Assembly (NCBI GenBank): GCA_013694995.1
Contig: JACDBH010000001.1
Span: 2,145 to 66,144 of the forward strand
DNA from: Candidatus Saccharimonadota bacterium
GTDB taxonomy: Bacteria; Patescibacteriota; Saccharimonadia; Saccharimonadales; JACDBH01
DNA length: 64,000 bases
Reading direction: 5' to 3'
Positions within the stretch are counted from its first letter, which is position 1. Each line of letters opens with the position of its first letter. The notes below the pieces were generated by a model, which worked only from the letters and a program-made list of their open reading frames with translations, was not told where the DNA came from and made no database searches. Made by a program: the position numbers and the translations under genes. Below, one piece after another: positions 44,562-53,617 of the stretch.

Positions 44562-45133
44562 TTAAAGCTATAATCTTTGATTGTTTTGGAGTGCTAGCCG
44601 AGGACGGCTGGACGCCGTTTAAGCGTAAATATATTATTCACGATTCAAAACTTGCGAAGGAAGTTGCGGATCTAGGCAAGCGAACCGACAAAGGCATGCT
44701 TGACCATGAGGAAATGATTTCAGAAGTCGCAGAGCTTGCACATGTTGACCCCGCAATTTTACGCGAGGCCGTCGGTAAGAAAATACCGAACGAAGAGCTA
44801 TTTCAATACATTAAAAAAGAATTAAAGCCTAAGTACAAAATCGGGCTGATGAGCAACGCTAACTACGATGTTGTTAGTGAACTTTTTACATATGATCAGG
44901 CAAGTTTGTTCGATGCAACCGTGATGTCATTTGAATCACGTATGGTTAAACCTGACCCGCGCATGTATAAACTGATGGCCGAGCGGCTGGGTTCGGAGCT
45001 AAAAGAGAGTGTGTTTATCGACGACCAAGAACGCTACTGCATGGCAGCGGAGGAAATCGGCATGAGTTCGATACTTTACACATCACCCGAACAATTAAAG
45101 ACTGAACTGAGCGATATCCTAAAAATTATTTAA
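44558..45133 (+). CDS. HAD-IA family hydrolase (paralog of 43376-43963)
   Basis: MIKAIIFDCFGVLAEDG, LMSNANYD, FIDDQERYCMAA. ATGA overlap with the methyltransferase stop. Confidence 0.75.
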   Translation: MIKAIIFDCFGVLAEDGWTPFKRKYIIHDSKLAKEVADLGKRTDKGMLDHEEMISEVAELAHVDPAILREAVGKKIPNEELFQYIKKELKPKYKIGLMSNANYDVVSELFTYDQASLFDATVMSFESRMVKPDPRMYKLMAERLGSELKESVFIDDQERYCMAAEEIGMSSILYTSPEQLKTELSDILKII

Positions 45134-46054
45134 GCGTCCTTGAGCTAAGCGTAATTCTTCTTCCTGGGTCGCATATTTACCTATAGCAGAAATACGTCTA
45201 AAAATTTTTACTTGAGCCTTTTCTGCCTCAGGTGTTAAGCCGCTTCTTTCACTAATTTTCCATTTTGTAGTGAGTCTTTCGAAAATGCTGTGGAGCTGTT
45301 TTGCATCAAAGATTCCTGCATTCGCAATCATTGCAGCCTTTTCTTTAAAGCCAGGAATACTTAGACCTGGCATACGAAATCCCGTCATTTGCCGCGCAAT
45401 AGCTCTAATTGCTAGCGACGGATTTACTTTAAGCGCTTCTTCCATCAAACTGTCTTTAAATTTACCGTGCTTGACCTCATCCCCTACGACAGAGGCAAGG
45501 GCTTTTTTACCAATTTTATGGACAGACGGTAGCAGGCGCATTGTGTTGCGGTGGCTTACTTCAGTTGCAGGCTCCTGGAAGGCAGGGTAAGCTATGCCCT
45601 CAATAAATGATCCAGGTTGTGGTGTATCAGGATTAGTCATCATAGTCATACGGTCGCGTTCAAGCTGACGCATATCAACTTGTTGGGTGCGATTAAGCCA
45701 GTTTGCAATTGTCGGTCCATGTCTTCCTTCTTCGGCAGTCCAACGATAAATCCAGTCACGGAAAGGATGTTTCTTGGGTAATCCCCGAAGTAGAGTTTCT
45801 GTATAGTACGGCAAACCGTCCTCTGTAAGCAGGTTAACCTCAAGACTAGCAATAATAATTGGCGACAATGGGGCATCCTCGGGCACATAATCACCGGTCT
45901 TAATCGCTTCATCCATTTCCTCAACAAAATCGTAGGGGTAGAATTCACGCGGACTAGCTATATGTTGATCTAGCAGACGTTCAATTTCCGGACTTAACTC
46001 GGCCATAAACATCTGGTCAGATTCATTCAAGGGTAATACAACTCTCTCGGACAT
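45119..46054 (-). CDS. soluble acyl-ACP desaturase family (di-iron, DesA-like)
   Basis: NLLTEDGLPYY, WTAEEGRHG, FQEPATEVSHRNT, VGDEVKHG; both E-x-x-H di-iron motifs are retained. Confidence 0.75.
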   Translation of the reverse strand: MSERVVLPLNESDQMFMAELSPEIERLLDQHIASPREFYPYDFVEEMDEAIKTGDYVPEDAPLSPIIIASLEVNLLTEDGLPYYTETLLRGLPKKHPFRDWIYRWTAEEGRHGPTIANWLNRTQQVDMRQLERDRMTMMTNPDTPQPGSFIEGIAYPAFQEPATEVSHRNTMRLLPSVHKIGKKALASVVGDEVKHGKFKDSLMEEALKVNPSLAIRAIARQMTGFRMPGLSIPGFKEKAAMIANAGIFDAKQLHSIFERLTTKWKISERSGLTPEAEKAQVKIFRRISAIGKYATQEEELRLAQGRLNNF

Positions 46055-46066
46055 ATGTATATTATA

Positions 46067-46303
46067 TCAGCCTATGCGAATGAATAACTTCTTCTCGGTT
46101 TTTAGCTCTTTTTTTAATTTATGAAGCAATGGTCTAAGGGAACCTGCCAAACCAGAGGAGGGTGTGGTAATAGTTATGCTGTGGGTTTGTAAATAAACCC
46201 CAACATCCATCTGGAATTGCTTACGTACGAAATCTTTGATAACCGTAACTTCAACCGGTTCGTCAAAATTCCGGTTGCCCATAATGTCCTGTAAACTCTG
46301 CAT
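46067..46303 (-). CDS. DUF721/DciA-like small protein
   Basis: 78 aa. N-terminal MQSLQDIMG, central ITITTPSSGLAGSLRPLLHKL and C-terminal KLFIRIG resemble the DUF721 layout. Motif-level evidence only. Confidence 0.45.
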   Translation of the reverse strand: MQSLQDIMGNRNFDEPVEVTVIKDFVRKQFQMDVGVYLQTHSITITTPSSGLAGSLRPLLHKLKKELKTEKKLFIRIG

Positions 46304-46357
46304 ACACTTAGTCTAAATCGAAAAGTCTAAAGCGAAAAGCTTGATAATAACTTGCTT

Positions 46358-47305
46358 ATGACAAAAAACGGCATACAATCAGCAATAATAATGGCTAATT
46401 ATCCTCATAGCCGTAACTCTGTTACAGAGACTCGTAATTCGAGTAGTGGGGGATGCGGCTACGAGTTAAATTTCCGTAGGCAGAGGACCCGGACTACTGG
46501 TGGGGCTGTAGTTTTATTCAAAGGTGGCTTAGGTGACGTGCACTCGGTTTCACTTGAACCACTAGCGAATGCGGTTCACGAACTGAGCCGCGGACAGGTT
46601 TCTGTCGGTACGGTTGGTACTATCCGCCCATTGAACCCAGTAGAGGCTGTATTGTCCGTAATATCTAAAAAAGAGGCGAATATAGCTCGCACACAGCGGT
46701 CTAAAAGTACCTATAAAGCTGCTAAGTATGTAAATAATAAGTTCCAACCAGAAGTTTTAATTGTAGCCGGACAGTCAGAAGGTAGCGTATCGGTAGTTGA
46801 TGCCGTGCATCATTGGTTAATTGATGCTAAAAATCCTGGTATTCGGCCGAGAACGGGGGCGGTGACTATAGATGGTCCGGCAGTCTATGAAACTATGGCT
46901 CATGAAGGAATTCCAGTCAAAGCGCTATGGCAGCTACTAAAAAATTGCTGGCCTGACATTAAGGCTATGAGCACAATAGAAAAATTAAAAATGGCCAAAA
47001 ATAATATTGGCCACTTTACTTCGCCGTGGGAACCGCTTTATTTTGTTAGCGAAATAGACTACTTGCGTACCGTGGACATTAGCCCAAAAATAGCTACATT
47101 ACGCGAAAATAAGGTGGTAGTACGGCACGCTTTCCATAGCGAAGACGTTGTATCGGGCGCGGAAAGGGCCTTATTCGACCCCAATGCTTGGGTCTATCCT
47201 GGCCGGCATGTCCGAATTGTTCATGAACCGGAACCAGTTGCAGCCGATATTGTTACTATGGCCGAGGGAATGTTAGAAGATTTACGTTATTCTCAAGCCG
47301 CCTGA
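46358..47305 (+). CDS. hypothetical protein (~315 aa), possibly alpha/beta-hydrolase-like
   Basis: Long ORF with a G-x-S-x-G-like GQSEGS. The start is uncertain (TTG 46352, ATG 46358 or ATG 46391). Confidence 0.5.
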   Translation: MTKNGIQSAIIMANYPHSRNSVTETRNSSSGGCGYELNFRRQRTRTTGGAVVLFKGGLGDVHSVSLEPLANAVHELSRGQVSVGTVGTIRPLNPVEAVLSVISKKEANIARTQRSKSTYKAAKYVNNKFQPEVLIVAGQSEGSVSVVDAVHHWLIDAKNPGIRPRTGAVTIDGPAVYETMAHEGIPVKALWQLLKNCWPDIKAMSTIEKLKMAKNNIGHFTSPWEPLYFVSEIDYLRTVDISPKIATLRENKVVVRHAFHSEDVVSGAERALFDPNAWVYPGRHVRIVHEPEPVAADIVTMAEGMLEDLRYSQAA

Positions 47306-47326
47306 ACAAATTGATACAATGAATGA

Positions 47327-48196
47327 ATGCCGGAACTTCCCGAGGTAGAAACAGTCCGCCGTGGTTTGCACGGTTTGATTATTGGTAAGACTATTAAGGC
47401 TGTAAAGCATGACTGGCCAAAAAGCTTCCCAAATGCACTCAATGATGTAGAAGAATTTTTGATTGGTGCCAAAATTAGCGATGTGCGCCGCCGCGCTAAA
47501 GTACTTATGATTGACCTAGATAGTGGATACAGTCTGGTTGTACACCTTAAAATGACCGGGCAATTGGTTTATAGGGGCAAGGAAGTGTTTGGAGCAGGAC
47601 ACCCTAGTGGTAGTCTGGTCGGAAAGTTGCCAGACAAATCTACCAGGGTGAATATAGAGTTTACTGATGGTTCAAACTTATATTTTAACGATCAAAGAAA
47701 ATTTGGTTGGATGCGATTAATGCCAACAATCGAAATCCCCAACATTGATTTCATGAAAAAGGTGGGTCCAGAGCCGCTAGGCGATGAATTTACATCTAAA
47801 ATTTTTATTAGCCGTGTACGCAGACGCGCCAATACTACTATTAAAGCAGCCTTGCTCGACCAAACGGTGTTAGCTGGCATCGGTAATATCTATGCCGATG
47901 AAAGTTTATGGGGTGCCAGAGTTCACCCTGCTACACGTGTGCACGACGTATCTCCAGCTAAATTAAAAGTGTTGTATACAGAACTGCGCTTCGTATTAAA
48001 TCTGGCAATTGAAAAGGGCGGTTCAACCGACCGCAATTATGTTAATGCTGAAGGCAAAAAGGGAAGTTACATAGAATTTGCCCGGGTCTTCCGCCGCGAA
48101 GGCCAACAATGTACACGTTGCGGCAATATTATTATAAAAACCCGCGTTGCCGGCCGTGGCACCCATTCCTGTCCGCATTGTCAGATTTTAAGTTAA
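47327..48196 (+). CDS. mutM: formamidopyrimidine-DNA glycosylase
   Basis: MPELPEVETVRRGL N-terminus, H2TH region, C-terminal zinc finger CTRCGNIIIKTRVAGRGTHSCPHC. Confidence 0.92.
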   Translation: MPELPEVETVRRGLHGLIIGKTIKAVKHDWPKSFPNALNDVEEFLIGAKISDVRRRAKVLMIDLDSGYSLVVHLKMTGQLVYRGKEVFGAGHPSGSLVGKLPDKSTRVNIEFTDGSNLYFNDQRKFGWMRLMPTIEIPNIDFMKKVGPEPLGDEFTSKIFISRVRRRANTTIKAALLDQTVLAGIGNIYADESLWGARVHPATRVHDVSPAKLKVLYTELRFVLNLAIEKGGSTDRNYVNAEGKKGSYIEFARVFRREGQQCTRCGNIIIKTRVAGRGTHSCPHCQILS

Positions 48197-50362
48197 AAAT
48201 TTACTTAGTAGTTTCAATACGCTTGCCGGCGAATCAAGCCGGAATTTAGCCCGGCTTCTGCCCGGCCCGACTTTAATGGTATAGGAGTTAGCGGGCAAAA
48301 CACTGAACATATCTTCGTCAGTATAGTCGTCACCAATGGCTATAATGAAATCAGCATGTTTATCTAGCAGATCCCGGGCAGCCAAGCTCTTTTTGGCATA
48401 TTTAGATTTGATTTCGATGATTTTATGGCCGCCATGGAATTCCAGCTGACTAGTGCGTAGCTTGCCGCGCAGAACTTTTTTGAGTAGCACCAGGTTCTTT
48501 TGGGCGTAGTAGGGTGGCGACATCCGGTAGTGCCAGACCAGTGAATGGTTCTTGTCCTCGATAAATGCTCCAGGAGTTTTAAGAGCATAATCAATTAGTA
48601 GCGGCCTGAGGAGCTTTTTCCAGTTGTCGGCTTCCATCCCGAACTGCTGCCACGTACCTTGATGTTTGCGCATCGCCGCTCCATGCTCAGATACAAGCGA
48701 AATGTCAAGGCTTCCTAGCCAATTGTCGAGATCAGCTTGTTTGCGGCCGCTTATAACTATTACTTCATTTTTTTTGTCCGCTGCAAGATTACCTAGTAAT
48801 TTAAGCAGGGCTTTAGAAGGCCTGGCCTCATCTGGCATGTTAAAGAAGGGCATTAACACTCCGTCGTAATCTAAGAATAATTGCCGTTTTTGCGCCGTTT
48901 GGTAATTTCTAATTAATTCATCCTCTGATTTACCGATGAGCCTCGAGGTATAAGGCTGCATCAAACGGTGGGATTTTTGCAAAGTACCCATAAAGGTGCC
49001 CGCCCAGTCATGAACAGTGTGTTGGGACAAGTATTTCTGCATGGTATCAACGCGGTTTTTTAGCTCCTTGCTCGGCATAATGATAGCTTTATGTAGTGCT
49101 TGGACCATGCTCGGACGCTCCTCAGGGTCGACTAGCAGCGCATGGGTCAACTCTTCGGCAGCACCGGCGGTTTTGCTTAGTATTAAAACACCATTCTTGT
49201 ACTTCTGAGAGGCAAGGTATTCTTTTGCGACCAGGTTCATGCCGTCGCGCAAGGGAGTAATAAAAGCGATGTCGGCTATCTGGTACAAGGCAGTCAACTT
49301 ATCGAAGGACAAGGAACCATAGATATAATCGACAGGCTTCCAAATAAGTGTTCCATATTTCGTGTTGATTTCTTTGACCAACGACTCCAGCTTACTACGC
49401 AGGTCCTGGTAGGCGGCAATATCAGTGCGGGAAGGCACTGCCAGCATGACCAGTACAACCTTACGGTGCAGCTTTGGCTGCGTCTCTAGCAATTGCTTGT
49501 AAGCTTCCAATCGTTCAAGCAGGCCTTTTGTGGGGTCAAGTCGGTCCACAGTTAGTATGACCTTTTTACGGCCGTATTTTTGCCGTAAGATCTTAGCCTC
49601 CAGCCGCACGGTTTTGGTATTTTGGGCAATTGTGTATTTTTCATAATCAATTCCCATCGGAAAATCCGCAACCTGTATTAAGTGGTTGAGGTATGAAACG
49701 CTGCTGCCAGAAATGATGGCAGAGGTAGCAGTCTGGCAAGCATCTAGAAAATGGCGGACGTAGGATTTGGTATGGAAGCCGATTAAGCTTGCCCCAAGCA
49801 GCCCATCTAAAAGTTTTTTACCGTAACGCAGTGACAAAAATGTCTGGGCGTCAGGGAAGGGTATATGTAAAAAAAAGCCGATGGCGTCATAGGGACGTTG
49901 CTGCCTCAGCATTCCCGGCAAAAGCATGAGCTGATAATCGTGTACCCATATAGTACTTCCCGGTTTGCTTAAGGCTATTACTACATCTTTAAAAAGTAGG
50001 TTGACGGTCTCGTACGAGCGCCAGTATTCAGTATAATTAGCCGGTTCGACGGGCAAATTATGGAATAGCGGCCACAAAATGCTATTACTGAACACATTAT
50101 AAAAATCATTAAGCTGTTTGCGCGTTAAAAACACCGGATAGCAGTTTGATTTTTCTAGCTCATCGATTATGTGCTGTTTTTCCTTCTTGGACAAATCCTC
50201 TGAGGCAATACCGGGCCAGCCGATCCACTTATGACCACGTTGTGTGGCGTAAGAGGACAAGCCAGTAGCAAGACCACCGATACTAGGGGAAAATTCAAGA
50301 CCTGTAGGTGTCTTTTTTACGCTAATTGGCAGGCGGTTAGAAACAATAATAATATCAGACAT
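48188..50362 (-). CDS. bifunctional trehalose-6-phosphate synthase / trehalose-6-phosphate phosphatase (OtsA-OtsB fusion)
   Basis: 724 aa with an N-terminal GT20 domain (IIVSNRLPISVKK, WVHDYQLMLLP) and a C-terminal HAD phosphatase (LFLDYDGVLMPF, IAIGDDYTDEDMF). Confidence 0.85.
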   Translation of the reverse strand: MSDIIIVSNRLPISVKKTPTGLEFSPSIGGLATGLSSYATQRGHKWIGWPGIASEDLSKKEKQHIIDELEKSNCYPVFLTRKQLNDFYNVFSNSILWPLFHNLPVEPANYTEYWRSYETVNLLFKDVVIALSKPGSTIWVHDYQLMLLPGMLRQQRPYDAIGFFLHIPFPDAQTFLSLRYGKKLLDGLLGASLIGFHTKSYVRHFLDACQTATSAIISGSSVSYLNHLIQVADFPMGIDYEKYTIAQNTKTVRLEAKILRQKYGRKKVILTVDRLDPTKGLLERLEAYKQLLETQPKLHRKVVLVMLAVPSRTDIAAYQDLRSKLESLVKEINTKYGTLIWKPVDYIYGSLSFDKLTALYQIADIAFITPLRDGMNLVAKEYLASQKYKNGVLILSKTAGAAEELTHALLVDPEERPSMVQALHKAIIMPSKELKNRVDTMQKYLSQHTVHDWAGTFMGTLQKSHRLMQPYTSRLIGKSEDELIRNYQTAQKRQLFLDYDGVLMPFFNMPDEARPSKALLKLLGNLAADKKNEVIVISGRKQADLDNWLGSLDISLVSEHGAAMRKHQGTWQQFGMEADNWKKLLRPLLIDYALKTPGAFIEDKNHSLVWHYRMSPPYYAQKNLVLLKKVLRGKLRTSQLEFHGGHKIIEIKSKYAKKSLAARDLLDKHADFIIAIGDDYTDEDMFSVLPANSYTIKVGPGRSRAKFRLDSPASVLKLLSKFLT

Positions 50363-50501
50363 AGATGTGCTTTAGCAGCGCACGAACCAATTATAGAGTA
50401 ATTTCAGCTTTTATGAATGTATGATGGCTTACATTAGTCTTAATAGACCCATTGCATATCGCCACTCCGTTATGCAATGGGTTCATAGTATGATAACTGA
50501 C

Positions 50502-51416
50502 ATGGTGATTACATTGACCGGGAGCAACGATTTTTTACGTAAAATCGCCCTGCAAAAAATAAAAGCAGATTTTGTTAAAAATCATGGGGATTTCGGGCTG
50601 GAAAATATTCATTCCGGGGAGGTTGAATTAGGACGGTTGCTCGAAAGTGTAGCAAGCCTACCGTTTTTAGCACAGCGCCGGATGATTATTTTAGATGATC
50701 CAAGTAGCAATAAGTTATTGGGCGAAAAAATTGAACAATTTCTGGATGCGATAGCCAATACGACGGATCTAATTATGGTCGAGCGTAAGTTCGATAAGCG
50801 GCTCACGCTATACAAGGTTCTAAAAAAACGTACGGATTACAGGGAATACTTAGACCTAGACGAGCACGGTCTTGCAAGATGGCTGTCTATGGAAGCTACC
50901 CAGCGCGGCGGTGAATTGAACAGTTCCGATGCCCATTATCTGATCCAACGAGCTGGAAGTAACCAAATGGGACTGAGTAATGAGCTTGATAAACTACTTA
51001 GCTACGAGCCGACAATCAGTAAGGGTACCATTGATTTACTCATAGAACCCTTGCCTCAAAGCAGTGTGTTCCATCTTCTTGATGCGGCCTTTGCCGGTAA
51101 CCATAAAAAGGCTTTGGAATTGTATGACGACCAGCGCAATCAACAAGTCGAGCCACAAGCCATTATGGGCATGCTGGCTTGGCAACTGCATGTTATAGCC
51201 GTTGTTAAATTCAATGAAAAAGAAGGCGCGGACATTATTGCCAAAGAGGCCAAACTTAACCCTTATGTTGTGCGTAAAACTCTTAACCTGACGCGCAATT
51301 TGTCTCAAAAAGCCGTTAAGGAACTAGTCAGCAGGGCACTGGCGCTTGATGTTAGTTTAAAAACCGAAAATATTGACGCCGACGACGCTGTCCAGCACTT
51401 TCTGCTTACCATTTAG
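50502..51416 (+). CDS. holA: DNA polymerase III subunit delta
   Basis: MVITLTGSNDFL..., LPFLAQRRMIIL, the C-terminal helical domain pattern of HolA. ATG 50502 (or 50490) is preferred to the ORF-track start at 50421. Confidence 0.8.
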   Translation: MVITLTGSNDFLRKIALQKIKADFVKNHGDFGLENIHSGEVELGRLLESVASLPFLAQRRMIILDDPSSNKLLGEKIEQFLDAIANTTDLIMVERKFDKRLTLYKVLKKRTDYREYLDLDEHGLARWLSMEATQRGGELNSSDAHYLIQRAGSNQMGLSNELDKLLSYEPTISKGTIDLLIEPLPQSSVFHLLDAAFAGNHKKALELYDDQRNQQVEPQAIMGMLAWQLHVIAVVKFNEKEGADIIAKEAKLNPYVVRKTLNLTRNLSQKAVKELVSRALALDVSLKTENIDADDAVQHFLLTI

Positions 51417-51478
51417 AACCAGGCTAGCTAACCTATCGTTAAATTGGCCCGCGGGAATACGACGATAGTCCGGGTAGA

Positions 51479-51823
51479 CTATTTCTTCTTGGTGGTTTTT
51501 TTCTTTGCAGGAGCTTTTTTTGCTACAGACTTTTTGGGTGGTGCTTTTTTGGCGGCTGCTTTCTTAGTACCGGTGTGCTTGACACCAGCTTTTTTGGCGG
51601 CTGCGGCCAGTTGGCGCTTTTTGCGGGCGACTTTGTTCTTGTGAAGCAGGCCTTTTTTGGCAGCTTTGTCTAAAGTGCTTTGGGCTTTGCTGTGGGTAGC
51701 AGAAGAGGCTTTCTTTGAAAAAAGCTTTAAGGCACTACGCAGAGTTTTCTTGGTACGGGCATTGCGGGCAGTAGCCTTGCGGGTCTGCTTAACACGCTTT
51801 TTGGCTGATTTGATAATTGGCAT
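51479..51823 (-). CDS. rpsT: 30S ribosomal protein S20 with Lys/Ala-rich C-terminal extension
   Basis: MPIIKSAKKRVKQTRKATARNARTKKTLRSALK, followed by a ~35-aa AKK/PKK tail. Confidence 0.88.
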   Translation of the reverse strand: MPIIKSAKKRVKQTRKATARNARTKKTLRSALKLFSKKASSATHSKAQSTLDKAAKKGLLHKNKVARKKRQLAAAAKKAGVKHTGTKKAAAKKAPPKKSVAKKAPAKKKTTKKK

Positions 51824-51984
51824 GAATTTTCCTTACTTTATAGTTGTTGATCTTACTAATAGTTAAATATACCGATTCCGCCTCTGTTTGTAAAGAAGGG
51901 TAAGCATTATGTAGAAATATCTTGGACTTTACAAAGTAGTTATGGTAATGTAACAGGGAGTCATAAAAACTAAAAAACTAAAAA

Positions 51985-53580
51985 ATGGATCCCAACCAGA
52001 ACCCAGTCGTAACCAGTCCTAAACAGCAGGTCGCCGAACATGTCCGGCAGGCTGCTAATGTACTAGTTACGGTCCGGTCTAATCCTACAGTAGACGAGCT
52101 TGCAGCAACTATAGGGCTAACCTTGATGCTCAACAAACTGGGCAAGCACGCAACCGCGGTATTCAGCGGTCCAATACCTTCAACCCTGGAATTTCTCAAG
52201 CCCGAAGAAACCCTGGAAACAAATACCAACTCCTTGCGTGATTTCATAGTTTCTTTGGATAAGAGCAAGGCTGACAAACTGCGTTATAAAGTCGAAGAGA
52301 ACGTAGTTAAGATATTTATTACACCCTATAGAACGTCAATAACCCAGGATGATTTGGAATTCAGTCAAGGCGATTTCAATGTCGATGTTGTCATGGCGCT
52401 TGGTGTTACCCAGCGCGAGGAACTAGACCAGGCAATTGTCTCTCATGGCCGGATACTGCATGACGCAACCGTAGTTACTATCACCGCTGGACAACGGGAG
52501 TCGAGTTTGGGCGGCGTCAACTGGCAGGAACCTGCCGCTAGTAGTTTGTGCGAAATGCTGGTCAGTATAAGCGAAGCCTTTCAGGGCGGTCTGATTGATG
52601 CCCAAATTGCAACTGCATTCCTAACCGGTATTGTCGCTGAGACCCAGCGCTTCAGCAATACCAAAACCACTCCGAAAGTTATGACCATGGCGGCACAACT
52701 AATGGCATCCGGCGCTAATCAGCAGCTAATAGCCAATGAACTGCAAAAGGCTGAACCAGACGCGGTTAGTAACCCACTGCCTTTGTTGCCAGTCGAATCT
52801 GTTACTCCGGTTGACTCACAAGACGGAGCTTTATCAATCGAGCATGTCGAGTCAAAGGCCGTGGAAGAAAATCCGGAGCAACCAGAAGAGCTGCCAGCTT
52901 TACCAGAGGCAGGAGTTTCTTTAGAAGAACCCGAACCAGTTGCTGAAACCCCACTTGCTGCCGAACAGCCATCGTTTGGTTCGATTTTACCGCCTCCGCC
53001 TGTTTTAGACGTACCCGAGCCTAATAATTCAGATCAAATACACATTGATCCAGACGGCAATATAATGCCCTCCAACCAGTCAATGGCAACCCGTCACAAG
53101 GTCATTGAACCTTTAGAGCAAGCAGCAGCGCCGATATTGCCTGACTCGGGAGCGACTGTCACGTCGGCTCCATTCTCAGCTTTTGATACAGGCAACTCAC
53201 CGAGTACACCCGTAGAATCGCCTGCAGTTAATTCGGAACCGGCGGCCATGCTACCGACTGTCGCCGAGCCTACTGATACACCTGAACCGCAAGGTCCTAA
53301 TACATTGCTTGATATAGAAAAATCAGTCCATAGCCCCCATGTAGAGCAGGTAGCTGCGTCTGATGGTGGAGTTGATATGGCCCGGAGTGCGGTCATGGAT
53401 GCTATAACCCAGGCACCGTATGATCCGACCAGGCCTGATCCACGTGCTGATATCAATGCTCAGCCTATGGGTATGCCACCTGATCCCTTAGCGCAGCTTA
53501 CGCAGTCCGCACCCCCGCAGCAGGTCAGTGATGACTTATCGGCACCACCACCCGTGCCACCACCACTGATGCCCCAGTAG
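51985..53580 (+). CDS. DHH-family-like protein with degenerate catalytic motifs and a long Pro-rich C-terminal region
   Basis: The N-terminal ~250 aa follow the NrnA/DHH layout, but the DxD and DHH positions are substituted (RSNPTVDELAAT; ETQRFSN instead of DTGxF). The C-terminal ~280 aa are low-complexity Pro/Ala/Ser/Glu. Confidence 0.45.
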   Translation: MDPNQNPVVTSPKQQVAEHVRQAANVLVTVRSNPTVDELAATIGLTLMLNKLGKHATAVFSGPIPSTLEFLKPEETLETNTNSLRDFIVSLDKSKADKLRYKVEENVVKIFITPYRTSITQDDLEFSQGDFNVDVVMALGVTQREELDQAIVSHGRILHDATVVTITAGQRESSLGGVNWQEPAASSLCEMLVSISEAFQGGLIDAQIATAFLTGIVAETQRFSNTKTTPKVMTMAAQLMASGANQQLIANELQKAEPDAVSNPLPLLPVESVTPVDSQDGALSIEHVESKAVEENPEQPEELPALPEAGVSLEEPEPVAETPLAAEQPSFGSILPPPPVLDVPEPNNSDQIHIDPDGNIMPSNQSMATRHKVIEPLEQAAAPILPDSGATVTSAPFSAFDTGNSPSTPVESPAVNSEPAAMLPTVAEPTDTPEPQGPNTLLDIEKSVHSPHVEQVAASDGGVDMARSAVMDAITQAPYDPTRPDPRADINAQPMGMPPDPLAQLTQSAPPQQVSDDLSAPPPVPPPLMPQ

Positions 53581-53617
53581 TAGCCAACTTATCTCATCTT
53601 CTATATACTCCTGACCG

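Noticed and set aside
46049-46070. ACATATGTATATTATATCAG, which resembles a dif (XerC/D) core with a TGTATA central region.
   Set aside because: Only the central hexamer and a few arm bases match. It overlaps the desaturase start codon, and there is no supporting context such as a gene-orientation switch or xer genes.
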